NCBI GenBank assembly: GCA_963820195.1
Contig: CAWFZU010000248.1
Location: forward strand, 1-37,750
DNA length: 37,750 nt
Source of the DNA: an uncultured Acidobacteriaceae bacterium
Lineage (GTDB): Bacteria > Acidobacteriota > Terriglobia > Terriglobales > Acidobacteriaceae
Direction of reading: 5' to 3'
Under the pieces are notes generated by a model. The model worked only from the letters and a program-made list of their open reading frames with translations, ran no database searches and had not been told where the DNA came from. This document shows, piece after piece, positions 20,026-29,472 of the stretch; positions within the stretch are counted from its first letter, which is position 1; each line of letters starts with the position of its first letter. A program made the translations under genes and the position numbers.

Positions 20026-21501
20026 ATGTGGTTTTTAGGAATGGATGTAGGCACCGGCGGCACGCGGGCCGTGGTGGTGGACGGAGCGGGAAAACTCATC
20101 AGCGGCGCATCGAGCGAGCATGCGCCCTTCACGACGGCCCATCCGGGCTGGGCGGAGCAGGATCCGGAAGACTGGTGGCGGGCGGCACAAGAAGCAATTC
20201 GTGGCGCAATCAATGCCGCGCCTAAGCCGCATCAGCCGATTGCCGCCATTGGCCTGACCGGTCAGATGCACGGCGCGGTCATGCTGGACGCAGCCGGACA
20301 GGTGCTGCGCCCCTCGCTGATATGGTGCGACACGCGCACCCAGCCGCAGTGCGACTGGCTGACAGAGAAGATCGGCTACGAAAAGCTGATCGAGCTGACC
20401 TGCAACCCGGCGCTGCCCAACTTCACGCTGACCAAGCTGCTCTGGGTCAAGCAGCATGAGCCGGAGATCTTCGCCAAGATTCGCCACATCATGTGCCCCA
20501 AGGATTATGTGCGCTACCGGCTGACCGGCGAGTTCGCCATCGACGTGCAGGAGGCCAGCGGCACACTACTGCTGGACGTGACGCACCGCTGCTGGTCGAA
20601 GGAAGTGGCAGAAGCGGCGGGGATTCCCGAGAGCTGGCTGCCCAAGGTCTACGAGTCGCCCGAGGTCTGCGCGCGCATCAGCGAAAAGGCGGCTGGGCTG
20701 ACCGGCCTTGCCGCCGGCACGCCGGTCGTCGCTGGAGCCGGCGATCAGGGCGCGGGCGCGGTGGGCATGGGTATCTTGCAGCCGGGATCGGTCTCGGCAA
20801 CGATTGGTACTTCAGGGGTGGTCTTTGCCGCCACTGCCGCCCCCACCAAGGATCCCAGGGGCCGTCTACACACTTTCTGCCACGCGGTTCCGGGCCTCTG
20901 GCACGTGATGGGCGTGACGCAGTCGGCGGGCCTCAGCCTGCGCTGGCTCAAGGAAACCTTCTTCCCCAGTCACAACTATGACGAGATGACCGCCGCGGCG
21001 AGCAAAATCCCGGCGGGCAGCCAGGGCCTGGAGTGGGCGCCCTACCTGCTCGGCGAGCGCACACCGCACCTCGACCCCGAAGTCCGCGCCGCCTTTGCCT
21101 GCATCTCATCGAACCACACCGCAGCGCATTTTGTCCGCGCCGTGCTGGAAGGTGTGGCCTATTCGTTGGAAGATACCTTCACGCTCTTTGCCGAGCTGGG
21201 CATTCCGGTGAGCGCGATTCGCCTCGGCGGCGGAGGAGCGCGCGGACCGCTCTGGCGCAAGATTCAGGCCGGCATCTACGGCCTGCCCGTCGAGGTGCTC
21301 ACCGCTGAAGAGGGCGGCGCCTTTGGCTGTGCGCTGATGGCTGGCGTCGGCGCGGGACACTGGGCCAATCTCGACGAAGCCTGCGCGCAGGGAATCGAAG
21401 TAGCCCAGCGCATTGAGCCCGACCAGGCCGATCTGGCCGCCTACAAGCTCGGCTACGCCAAGTGGCGCAAACTCTATCCGGCGCTGAAGAGTCTGCGGTA
21501 G
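20026..21501 (+). CDS. xylB: Xylulokinase (FGGY family)
   Basis: FLGMDVGTGG, GWAEQDPEDWW, GLTGQMHG, PYLLGERTPHLD, GGGARG. Confidence 0.9.
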   Translation: MWFLGMDVGTGGTRAVVVDGAGKLISGASSEHAPFTTAHPGWAEQDPEDWWRAAQEAIRGAINAAPKPHQPIAAIGLTGQMHGAVMLDAAGQVLRPSLIWCDTRTQPQCDWLTEKIGYEKLIELTCNPALPNFTLTKLLWVKQHEPEIFAKIRHIMCPKDYVRYRLTGEFAIDVQEASGTLLLDVTHRCWSKEVAEAAGIPESWLPKVYESPEVCARISEKAAGLTGLAAGTPVVAGAGDQGAGAVGMGILQPGSVSATIGTSGVVFAATAAPTKDPRGRLHTFCHAVPGLWHVMGVTQSAGLSLRWLKETFFPSHNYDEMTAAASKIPAGSQGLEWAPYLLGERTPHLDPEVRAAFACISSNHTAAHFVRAVLEGVAYSLEDTFTLFAELGIPVSAIRLGGGGARGPLWRKIQAGIYGLPVEVLTAEEGGAFGCALMAGVGAGHWANLDEACAQGIEVAQRIEPDQADLAAYKLGYAKWRKLYPALKSLR

Positions 21502-21547
21502 GACTCGCCGTTCAGGCGGGCGCGCTTCGCGCCACCTGAATCCCTGG

Positions 21548-21589
21548 TTTCCCATCCTTGCGCCAGAAAAAAGGCGCAAGGATGGGAAA
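21548..21589. repeat. Perfect 17-bp inverted repeat (REP-like or terminator) after xylB
   Basis: TTTCCCATCCTTGCGCC-agaaaaaa-GGCGCAAGGATGGGAAA; a second imperfect hairpin lies at ~21510-21540. Confidence 0.75.
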
Positions 21590-21613
21590 TTAGTCGCTGA
21601 GGAGCAATAAGAG

Positions 21614-22243
21614 ATGAAAGGTGAATGCAGTCAATGTAAGCAACCATTGACATTAGAAAACGCCTCACATGTTGTAGCAAATACCGGCTATGGCCGATGC
21701 CGGTCATGTGAAAACGAACATACAAAGGGTAGATCACGGACATTGGGAGGAAGATATACTTATGGCCGATCTCAAGCTAAATTCAACAATCACAAGTGGG
21801 AATTAAGTTTCCAGCAATATGCAGCGATAGTGGCATCTGGAAGATGCTTCTACTGCGGTAATCCGCTTCCGACAGCGGCAGCTGGATTGGACCGCAAAGA
21901 TAATGGAGATTACTCTTGGGATTCAGTCTTGCCATGTTGTGGGAAGCAGCCGAGGGCAGCAGGTCCACGAGGATGCAATGAAACAAAGAGTGGTGACGTA
22001 GCACCCATTCTCCAGTTCGCTCGACGATGGTACGAGAAATACAAGAAACTTCCCACTGAACAAGAATTCATTGATAAATTGCAGGAGTTTGAAGTTGAAC
22101 GAGACAAGGCATTCGAGATTATCAGCAAACTGGAAGTGGAAGAAGTCAAGAGATTGAGGCGAGCCAAATCTGTTCTCGAGGAATTGATCGAATTGAGGCA
22201 CGAGCGATACAGAGTTATCAAAGTGCCAGGTACTCGTTCTTGA
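21614..22243 (+). CDS. Low-GC Zn-finger / HNH-like (His-Me finger) endonuclease-like protein
   Basis: GAGGAG RBS; CSQC...CRSC, then CFYCG...GLDRKDN.DY...VLPCC...CNETK, then a charged helical tail. GC is in the mid-40s percent by hand count of sampled rows. Confidence 0.6.
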   Translation: MKGECSQCKQPLTLENASHVVANTGYGRCRSCENEHTKGRSRTLGGRYTYGRSQAKFNNHKWELSFQQYAAIVASGRCFYCGNPLPTAAAGLDRKDNGDYSWDSVLPCCGKQPRAAGPRGCNETKSGDVAPILQFARRWYEKYKKLPTEQEFIDKLQEFEVERDKAFEIISKLEVEEVKRLRRAKSVLEELIELRHERYRVIKVPGTRS

Positions 22244-22330
22244 TCAAGCGATAAACCGAGGGTGGTAAATCGTCACCTTTAGTTCCCCAAGCCGAAGGCC
22301 GCTGGCCCCACCGCAGGTGCCCGCAGGCGG

Positions 22331-22359
22331 TTGACATGGTAAACAAAAATGTATACTAT
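22331..22359 (+). promoter_or_regulatory. Sigma70-like promoter and likely operator of hicAB
   Basis: TTGACA-17 nt-TACTAT, 6 nt before the hicA ATG; near-palindrome GTAAACA-aaaa-TGTATAC overlaps the spacer and -10. Confidence 0.7.
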
Positions 22360-22365
22360 CGATAA

Positions 22366-22557
22366 ATGAACAGTGCCGAGTTCCAACGGTGGTTGAAGAG
22401 CAAGGGCGCAAAGTTCGACCGCTCGCGGGGCAAGGGTTCCCACATATACGTCACCCTGAACGGCAAGACCACCGTGATGCCTACGCACAGCACTGAGATG
22501 CGCACCGGCACGGTTGAGAGCATCAAGCGCCAGCTCGGCCTGAAGGGAGAAAAGTGA
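22366..22557 (+). CDS. hicA: HicA mRNA interferase toxin
   Basis: 63 aa basic protein: MNSAEFQRWL...GKGSH...MPTH...IKRQLGL. Confidence 0.9.
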   Translation: MNSAEFQRWLKSKGAKFDRSRGKGSHIYVTLNGKTTVMPTHSTEMRTGTVESIKRQLGLKGEK

Positions 22558-22982
22558 TGTTGCAATATGCTGCCAAGTTGGTTCCTGGCCTTCCGGAAGA
22601 GGGTGGTTATACGGTGACGTTCCGCGATGTTCCCGAGGCGATCACCGAGGGTGAAACGCTGGAAGACGCGCTCAAATACGCGGCTGAGGCATTGGAACTG
22701 GCGCTGGAGCATTATCTCGACGAGCGCCGCGTCGCTCCCACTCCCACCCCTAAACGGAAGGGAGAATACCTCATCGCATTGCCTGTGAGCCTCTCGCTCA
22801 AGTGTGCTCTGCTCAATGAGATGATTCGCCAGGATGTGCGCCCGGCGGAGTTGGCCAAGCGCCTGAAGACCAGCAAGCAGGAGGTCAATCGGCTGACCAC
22901 TCTCTCTCACGCCACCAAAGTGGACCGCATCGCCGAAGCCTTCCATGTCCTCGGCAAGGAACTAACCATATCGGTTGCGTAG
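22554..22982 (+). CDS. hicB: HicB antitoxin with C-terminal HTH
   Basis: VTFRDVPEAITEGET...AELAKRL...HATKVD; overlaps the hicA stop. Confidence 0.9.
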   Translation: MMLQYAAKLVPGLPEEGGYTVTFRDVPEAITEGETLEDALKYAAEALELALEHYLDERRVAPTPTPKRKGEYLIALPVSLSLKCALLNEMIRQDVRPAELAKRLKTSKQEVNRLTTLSHATKVDRIAEAFHVLGKELTISVA

Positions 22983-23008
22983 TGGGCCGTGTGTCCAAAG
23001 GCAGGAGT

Positions 23009-23035
23009 GAGATTGACCTGATCGACTAACACTGA
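23009..23035 (+). pseudogene. 3'-terminal remnant of a higB toxin gene
   Basis: Reads EIDLID*H* followed by GGAGG and ATG, mirroring the intact higB end VDYRDYH*-GAGG-ATG at ~6228-6262. Confidence 0.6.
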
Positions 23036-23045
23036 GGAGGCTGAA

Positions 23046-23333
23046 ATGCCCATGAAGAACCCGCCCCATCCGGGCATCTTGATTCAGGCGGAAGTTATCG
23101 AAGCGCTTGGCCTGAGCGTGACCAAGGCCGCGGAGATTTTGCAGGTGCGCCGTGCTACACTCTCCGATCTTCTCCACGGCAAATCCGCCCTGACACCCGA
23201 CATGGCGCTGCGCATCGAGAAAGCACTCGGGCCGGAGATGGATCATCTCCTTCGCATGCAACTCGCATATGACGTGTCCAAGGCTAGGGAGTACGCGAAG
23301 AACATCTCCATCGAACGGTACGTGGCGGCCTAA
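23046..23333 (+). CDS. higA: Orphan HigA-family antitoxin
   Basis: MPMKNPPHPG...LGLSVTKAA...LTPDMALRIEKALG...LRMQLAYD. Confidence 0.88.
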   Translation: MPMKNPPHPGILIQAEVIEALGLSVTKAAEILQVRRATLSDLLHGKSALTPDMALRIEKALGPEMDHLLRMQLAYDVSKAREYAKNISIERYVAA

Positions 23334-23358
23334 ATCCAAATCCCAGACCTCCCCATTG

Positions 23359-24510
23359 TTATGGGAGAATATCTATCCAGCCGTGCGTTTTATGGCTCTC
23401 CAGCTCTGCCTGAAGAATGATCAGTTGCCGCAACCCGTCGGCGAACTGCGGATATTCCGGAGCGAGGCCGGGCGTGCCGATGGAGGCGTAAAAGCGGCGG
23501 AATAATTGCTTGAATGCGTCGTCGTAGCCTTCCGTGTGGCCACCAGGCAGATCGGCGTAAGAGCGCGCCTCGGGCCGGAGCAGCGCCGGATCTTTGAGAA
23601 TGATCTCGTTGCCCGTATCGCGGTGGCCGATCCAGAGTTCATTGGGCCGTTCCTGATCCCATGCCGCCCCGGCCTTGCTTCCGTAGACTTCTATGTGCAG
23701 CCGGTTTTTACGCCCCGCGGAGACCTGGCTGGCGACGACGCTGCCACGAGCGCGATCGCCCATGTGAAACAGAACAGCGCCGAAATCTTCCGTGCTTACA
23801 GGAGTTACATTGTAATCTTCTGGGCCGAGGAGCTTATTGGCAAAGCTCTCGACGGAGTGTTTGGGCTGCTTGCGGGTCGCGTGGAAGGTCTGCAAGTCGG
23901 CGACCAGCGAGGTGACGCGCAGGCCGGTGACGTGCTCGGCCATGTCGAACCAGTGCGAGCCGATATCGGCCATGCAGCGCGACGTTCCGCCGGTTTGCGA
24001 GTCGATGCGCCAGTTCCAGTCCGTCTCGTAGAGCAGCCAGTCCTGCGAATATCCGCCCTGCACGGAGAGAATTTCGCCCAGTTCGCCGGCCTCTCTCATG
24101 CGGCGCAACTGCTGCACCATGGGGTAGTAGCGCAGATTGTGGCAGACGCAATTGCGCAATCCTTTTTGCGCCGCCAAAGCAACCAGTTCCCGCGCTTCTC
24201 CGACCGTGGTGGCCAGCGGCTTTTCGCAGGCCACGTGCTTGCCCGCTTCCAGCGCCTCTTTGGCCATGGAATAATGCAGCGCGTTGGGGGTGAGGATGTG
24301 GACCGCATCGACGGCCGGATCGCGCAGAATCTCCCGATAGTCGTTCGTAATCACGGTGACGCCAAAGCCGGCGCCCAACTTCCGCGCGACCTCCAGATTC
24401 CTGCCTGCGATGGCCACGACCTCGACGGATTCCTGCCGCCTGAGTGCATCGAGATGAACCCGGCCCATGAAGCCGGTGCCGAAGATTGCTGTCCTGATTG
24501 GTTTCATCAT
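23359..24510 (-). CDS. Gfo/Idh/MocA oxidoreductase
   Basis: GTGFMG Rossmann motif, TPNALH, CEKP, ADIGSHW. Confidence 0.9.
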   Translation of the reverse strand: MMKPIRTAIFGTGFMGRVHLDALRRQESVEVVAIAGRNLEVARKLGAGFGVTVITNDYREILRDPAVDAVHILTPNALHYSMAKEALEAGKHVACEKPLATTVGEARELVALAAQKGLRNCVCHNLRYYPMVQQLRRMREAGELGEILSVQGGYSQDWLLYETDWNWRIDSQTGGTSRCMADIGSHWFDMAEHVTGLRVTSLVADLQTFHATRKQPKHSVESFANKLLGPEDYNVTPVSTEDFGAVLFHMGDRARGSVVASQVSAGRKNRLHIEVYGSKAGAAWDQERPNELWIGHRDTGNEIILKDPALLRPEARSYADLPGGHTEGYDDAFKQLFRRFYASIGTPGLAPEYPQFADGLRQLIILQAELESHKTHGWIDILP

Positions 24511-24532
24511 TTCACCATTTTTTGTTATTTCA

Positions 24533-25492
24533 TCAGACCCACCAGGCAGCGCCGGCCTGCTCGCGGATCACGATGCCGCTGAGGAAGCTGGCCGCCTTGG
24601 TCAGGCCCTCTTCGGCGCTGAGCAGGCTGTCCTCGTGCTCGATGGAGAGCACGTAATCGTAGCCAAACATGCGCAGAGTTGAGATGAACTCGCTCCACCA
24701 CTCAGCGCCGTGCCCGTAACCGCAGGTGCGGAAGATCCATCCGCGCTCGCGCTCTTCGGTGTAGGGTTTGGTGTCCAGCACGCCGGTGCGCGGTAGATTG
24801 GCCGTGTAGATCTGCGTGTCCTTGGCATGAACGTAAAAGATCGCGTCACCGAGAACGCGAATCGCGGCGATGGGATCGATTCCCTGCCAAAATAAATGAC
24901 TCGGATCGAGGTTGCATCCCACGCTCGCTCCGGCAATCGCGCGCAGCCGCAGCATCGTCTCTGGGCTATAGACCACAAAGCCGGGATGCATCTCGATGGC
25001 GATCTTCACGCCATGGTCGGCGGCAAACTTTCCGTGCTCGATCCAGTAAGGCGTCACCACTTCATTCCATTGCCAGTCGAGAACCTTGAGGAAGTCGGGA
25101 GGCCAGGGGCAGGTGACCCAGTTGGGGGCGGTCGAGTGAGGCGAGTCGCCGGGGCAGCCGGAAAAATCCACGACCACGGGAATGCCCAGCTTCTCGGCGA
25201 GCAGGATGGTCTTGCGGCTGACCTCGCGATCGTGCTGGGCGCGGGCCTTGTCGGGATGCAGCGCGTTGCCGTGGCAACTGAGCGCGCTGATCGATGCGCC
25301 GTGATCGGCCAGCACCTTCTGAAACTCGGCCAGGGCGGAGCTCTCCTCGAGCATGGAGAGTTTGCAGTGCGCGTCGCCGGGATAGTTGCCGGTGGCCAGC
25401 TCAACCGTATCAATGCCAAGGATTGTTAGTTTGTCGAGTACGGAAGCGAGCGGAAGCTGCGAGAGCAGCGGCGTGAAGACACCAAGGCGCAT
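24533..25492 (-). CDS. Sugar phosphate isomerase/epimerase (xylose isomerase-like TIM barrel)
   Basis: ALSCHGN, IEMHPG, NLDPSHLFWQG, VHAKD, SIEHED. Confidence 0.88.
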   Translation of the reverse strand: MRLGVFTPLLSQLPLASVLDKLTILGIDTVELATGNYPGDAHCKLSMLEESSALAEFQKVLADHGASISALSCHGNALHPDKARAQHDREVSRKTILLAEKLGIPVVVDFSGCPGDSPHSTAPNWVTCPWPPDFLKVLDWQWNEVVTPYWIEHGKFAADHGVKIAIEMHPGFVVYSPETMLRLRAIAGASVGCNLDPSHLFWQGIDPIAAIRVLGDAIFYVHAKDTQIYTANLPRTGVLDTKPYTEERERGWIFRTCGYGHGAEWWSEFISTLRMFGYDYVLSIEHEDSLLSAEEGLTKAASFLSGIVIREQAGAAWWV

Positions 25493-25524
25493 GAAGAGTT
25501 CTCTCCCGTCGGAATCTTATCCCT

Positions 25525-25578
25525 GGGGCCCCACCCTCCGCAATTGTTCCTCGAAAAGCCGCGAAGAATGGAGCGCCC
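25525..25578 (-). repeat. Degenerate REP-like element
   Basis: Minus strand GGGCGCTCCATTCTTCGCG...TGCGGAGGGTGGGG; same head and arm style as the 11139 and 21548 copies. Confidence 0.5.
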
Positions 25579-25593
25579 AAATCCCAGGAAATA

Positions 25594-28169
25594 CTACTTC
25601 ACCGTGACCTCCGCGCTGAGCGGCGTGTTCTCGCTGGAGTCGCCGACGCGGACGACAAACTTGCCGGGATCGATGGTCCACTTGTGGGCCGCTTCGTCCC
25701 AGTAGCTGAAGGCGCGGGCGTCCAGGTTGAGAGTTACGTGCTTGGTTTCGCCGGGAGCCAGCCGCACCTTCTCGAAGCCTTTCAGCTCGCGCTCCGGGCG
25801 CTTGACGGTTGGCGGAAGGATCGGAGACGTAAAGCTGGGCCACTTCCGCGCCGGCCACGCTGCCGGTGTTGGTCACGTCGAAGCTGACCGGAACCGTCGA
25901 GCCGGAGGCGGCCGTCGCGGGCGCTTGCAGATTGGCGAAGCTGAAGGTGGTGTAGCTCAGCCCGAAGCCGAAGGGGAAAAGCGGGTGCTTGCCGGTGGTG
26001 GTCCAATAGCGGTAGCCGACCATCAGCTTGTCCTCGTACTTCACGTGCGGGATGACGTAATCGACCGGCGGGCGGCCGTTTTCGGTGACGTGCAGGGAGG
26101 TATCCGCGCCCGGAATCGGATAGTAGTAGGCGAAGGACGGGCTCTCCTCCCAACTGCGCTCGAAGCTGACCGGCAGCTTGCCTTCGGGATTGTGCTTGCC
26201 GAAGAGCACCTCGGCAACGGCCGTGCCGCCCTCCTGGCCGGGATAGCAGATGTGCAGCAGCGCGGGAACCTTGCCGAGCCAGCCGCGTGTGTCCATGGCC
26301 GCCGCCGCCGGTGAGGGTGACAATGGTGCGCGGATTGATCGCCGCGATGGCTCTCGATCAGCGCGTCCTGGCCCCAGGGCAGCGCGAAGGTGCGGTCATG
26401 GCCCTCGCCCTCGGTCTGCGGATTGAAGCCGGCGGCGATGACCACGACATCGGCCTTGGCGGCCATCTCACGGGCCTCGGCGGAGATCAGCTCAGGCAGA
26501 TAGGCAATGCCCAGGCCAAAGCGGGGCGTATGCGCCGCGAGGCTGAAGCTCGGCGACCACAGTGGCGGTCTCTCCGGCAGCCAGCTCAACGATGGCCGAC
26601 TGCGGAACCTGGCCTTCGGCGCGTTCCTGGTGGAGTATCTCTTTGCCGTTCACCAGCACCTTGAATCCATTTCCGCCCCAGCCCGACGCGCCGGCCAGAA
26701 CCATATACTTGCCGGCTTTCTCCGCCTTGTAGTGAGCGGTGTAACGGATGCCGTGCGGCGTTGTGGCCTCAGGCTCCCAGCCGCTCTCGCGCCAACTGGT
26801 GATGCCCCGCACGGTTGCTGCTCTTCGGCGTTCCGGTGAAGTCCCTGTTGGGATAATCATCGACCTGGACGGAGCCCTCCCAGCGGGTTCTGTGAAATAA
26901 CTCGTCCTCATCGGGCAGGCCGCGGGCATAAAGCACATGCACATTGGGTCCGGCGAGATTGGCGATGCCGGTGAGGATGCTGACCGGCTCAAAGGCTTGT
27001 GCCTCGGAGGAGCCTCCGCCGCCGATCAACCGCCGGATAAGCGTCGGGGCCGATGACGGCGATGGTCTTGATCTTGTTCGCATCGAGCGGCAGAAGGTGG
27101 CCGTCGTTCTTGAGCAAGGTCAGGCTCTCTCGCGCGCCGTCCAGGGCGATGGCGCGATCGGCCACTGAGTAGGTCGAGTCAGCCGGATCGAACTGCGGAC
27201 GGTCCAGGAAGCCGTAGCGCAGCACGGTGCGCAGCAGCCGCAGCACCTTGTCGTCGATGGTGGATTCCTTCACCGTGCCGGCTTTGACCGCGGCCAGCAG
27301 AACATTGGCGTTCATGAAGCGCGCGCTGGGCATCTCCAGGTCGAGGCCGTTGTTGGCCGCCGCCACGCCGTCATAGGTGGCGTCCCAGTCCGACATGAGA
27401 ATGCTCTGGAAGCCCCAATCGCCCTTGAGCACCTTCAGATTCAGAAACTCGTTCTGCGTGGCGTGGACGCCGTTGACCAGGTTGTAGGAGTTCATCACCG
27501 CGTCCACATGGGCCTTGGTGACGGCGGCCTCGAAGGCGGGCAGATAGATCTCGCGCATGGTCCGCTCGTCCACCTCCACGCTCGCGTTGTGCCGGTTGTA
27601 CTCCTGGTTGTTCAGCGCATAGTGCTTGACGGTGGCGATGACGCCCTGCGATTGGACGCCCTCGATGAAGGGAACCACCAGGGCGGCGTTCAGGAAGGGA
27701 TCCTCGGAGAGATATTCGAAGTTGCGGCCGGCCACGGGCGAGCGGGCGATGTTGACGCCGGGGCCGAGCAGGAAGTTCACACTGCGGGCGCGGGCATCCC
27801 TGCCCAGAGCCTCGCCCAGTCTGCGGGCGAACTCTTTGTCCCAGGTGGCGGCCAGCGCAACCCCGCCGGCATAGGCGGTGGTCGGTCCCCAGGTGCGCAC
27901 GCCCACCGAAGCGTCGGACATCTTGAAGCGCGGCAGGCCGATCGAAGGCACGGCATGGGTGAACATGCTGTCCACGCCGCCCAGCAGCTCGATCTTCTGT
28001 TCCAGCGTGAGCTTGGCCACCAGGGCATGGGCCTTGGCCTCAATGGCGGGTGAATCCGGCGCGGGCGCCTGGGCGGAGGCGCCGATGCGCGCCACAGAGC
28101 AGAATCGCGAGCAAGGCCCGCGATTCCCAAAGAATAACTGCGTGTAGTGCGGTTGTTTGCGTTTGTCAT
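25594..28169 (-). CDS. GH3 beta-glucosidase with PA14-like insertion and Fn3-like C-terminus (multiple probable read indels)
   Basis: LLGPGVNIAR, GRNFEYLSEDP, VKHY, nucleophile motif MSDW, LLKND, GGGSS, EGHDR, YPGQEGG, PFGFGLSYT, ELKGFEKV; stop TAG at 25594. Confidence 0.9.
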
Positions 28170-28277
28170 AGCATCAAAATCCTATCGTATTGGGCATTCC
28201 GGCGTACACCCGATTGAGAGACCGGTTGCAGAGCGGGCATCTGCGACGTGCTTTCGTCCTTCCTTGAATGCAGAACT

Positions 28278-28293
28278 TGTGACGCGAGTCACA
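28278..28293. promoter_or_regulatory. Perfect CRP-type box in the GH3/usp divergent intergenic region
   Basis: TGTGA-CGCGAG-TCACA, about 104 nt before the usp ATG. Confidence 0.75.
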
Positions 28294-28396
28294 GCCCGGG
28301 GTGAATGGTATCACTGCCATTGCTCCTTCCGGGGGCGCAGACTCGGAATCCTATAGAGGGAAAACCATGCGGCGCCGCGGTGCGCCGGGAGGCATT

Positions 28397-29246
28397 ATGA
28401 GCTTTGCCAGCGGTTTGAAGACCATCGTCGTGGCCACGGAGCTGACCGGCCGCTCGGAAGCGGCTCTGGAGTATGCCCGCAAGCTGGCCGCCGCCTATGG
28501 CGCGCGCATTGTGCTGGCTCACGGCATCGATCCCATGGAATATGCCGCGGTGGATGCGGTTCCCGGCCGGGTTCTGAAAGGGCTTACCGAGGAGGCGCGC
28601 GCGGTGCTGGATAAATTGTCCGGCGACCTGCTGCGCGAGGGCATTCACAGCCACTCGGAGATTCGCCAGGGCGCGGTGGCGCAGATGCTGCTGGATGTGG
28701 CCCGGCAATACCAGGCCGGGCTGATCGTGATCGGCACCAAGGGCATGGAGGGCGCCGGTCCGGTGATTGTGGGCGCCATCGCCGAGCAGCTGGTGCGGCT
28801 GTCGCCGTGCCCGGTGCTGGCGGTGGCCGCGGATTGGAATGCCGGCGCATTTCGCCCCACGCCGGGCGGGCCGGTGCTGCTGGCCATGGAGCGCAACGAG
28901 GCTTCCGCCGCGGCAATGGCCACGGCCAGCTCGCTGGCCCGTGTCTTCGAGCGCCCGCTGCTGGTGCTTCATGCGCGCACGCCGGCCGAGGCGGCGGAGA
29001 ATCCGGACCCCTGCGCGGCCACGCTGGAGGAGTTTGGCCCGCGAGTCGCAAGCAGACTTCCCGGTGCGCTGCATCGTCAAAGACGGCAACCCGGCCGACG
29101 CCATCGTCGAGGGAATTGCCGAGAATCATCCGTGCATTCTGGTGGCCGGCGTCAAGCGCTTGAGCGGCACGCCGGGGCCGCATGGCACCGCCTTCGCCCT
29201 GCTGGCCCGCTCGCGTGTGCCGGTTCTCTGCGTACCGCCGGAATAA
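28397..29246 (+). CDS. Tandem-domain universal stress protein (frameshift ~29040)
   Basis: GGAGG RBS; KTIVVATE, LIVIGTKG, GAIAEQLVRLSPCPVLAV; second domain GNPADAI...SRVPVLCV. Confidence 0.85.
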
Positions 29247-29272
29247 TACCGGGGCCGGGTGACGCAAATGAT

Positions 29273-29331
29273 GGGTGCCCCAGCTCCCGATTTGGTAGCT
29301 GGGATACATCAAACCTCAACCAGCCCTGTTC
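29273..29331 (+). repeat. REP-like hairpin with conserved tail
   Basis: GGGTGC-CCCAGCTCCC-gattt-GGTAGCTGGG, then GATACATCAAACCTCAACCAGCCCTGTTC (23/29 identical to 11184-11212). Confidence 0.7.
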
Positions 29332-29472
29332 CTGAGGAGCGGTGATCCGTCCATGGAATTCGGTTCCTCTCAAACTCGCATCACCAAAAGCCTTCACCCG
29401 CAAGCGGCCGGCAAATGGGGAGCATCCTCGACCCGCCGCGACAGCAGGGCGAATGCAAAGGGAGATGGAAGC

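Noticed and set aside
21548-23333. Prophage or IS element
   Set aside because: No integrase, transposase, structural genes, terminal inverted repeats or target-site duplication seen.
29332-29472. Riboswitch upstream of the cNMP-domain gene
   Set aside because: Some pairing potential (GGTGAT/ATCACC) but no match to riboswitch consensus motifs I know; an Infernal/Rfam scan would be decisive.
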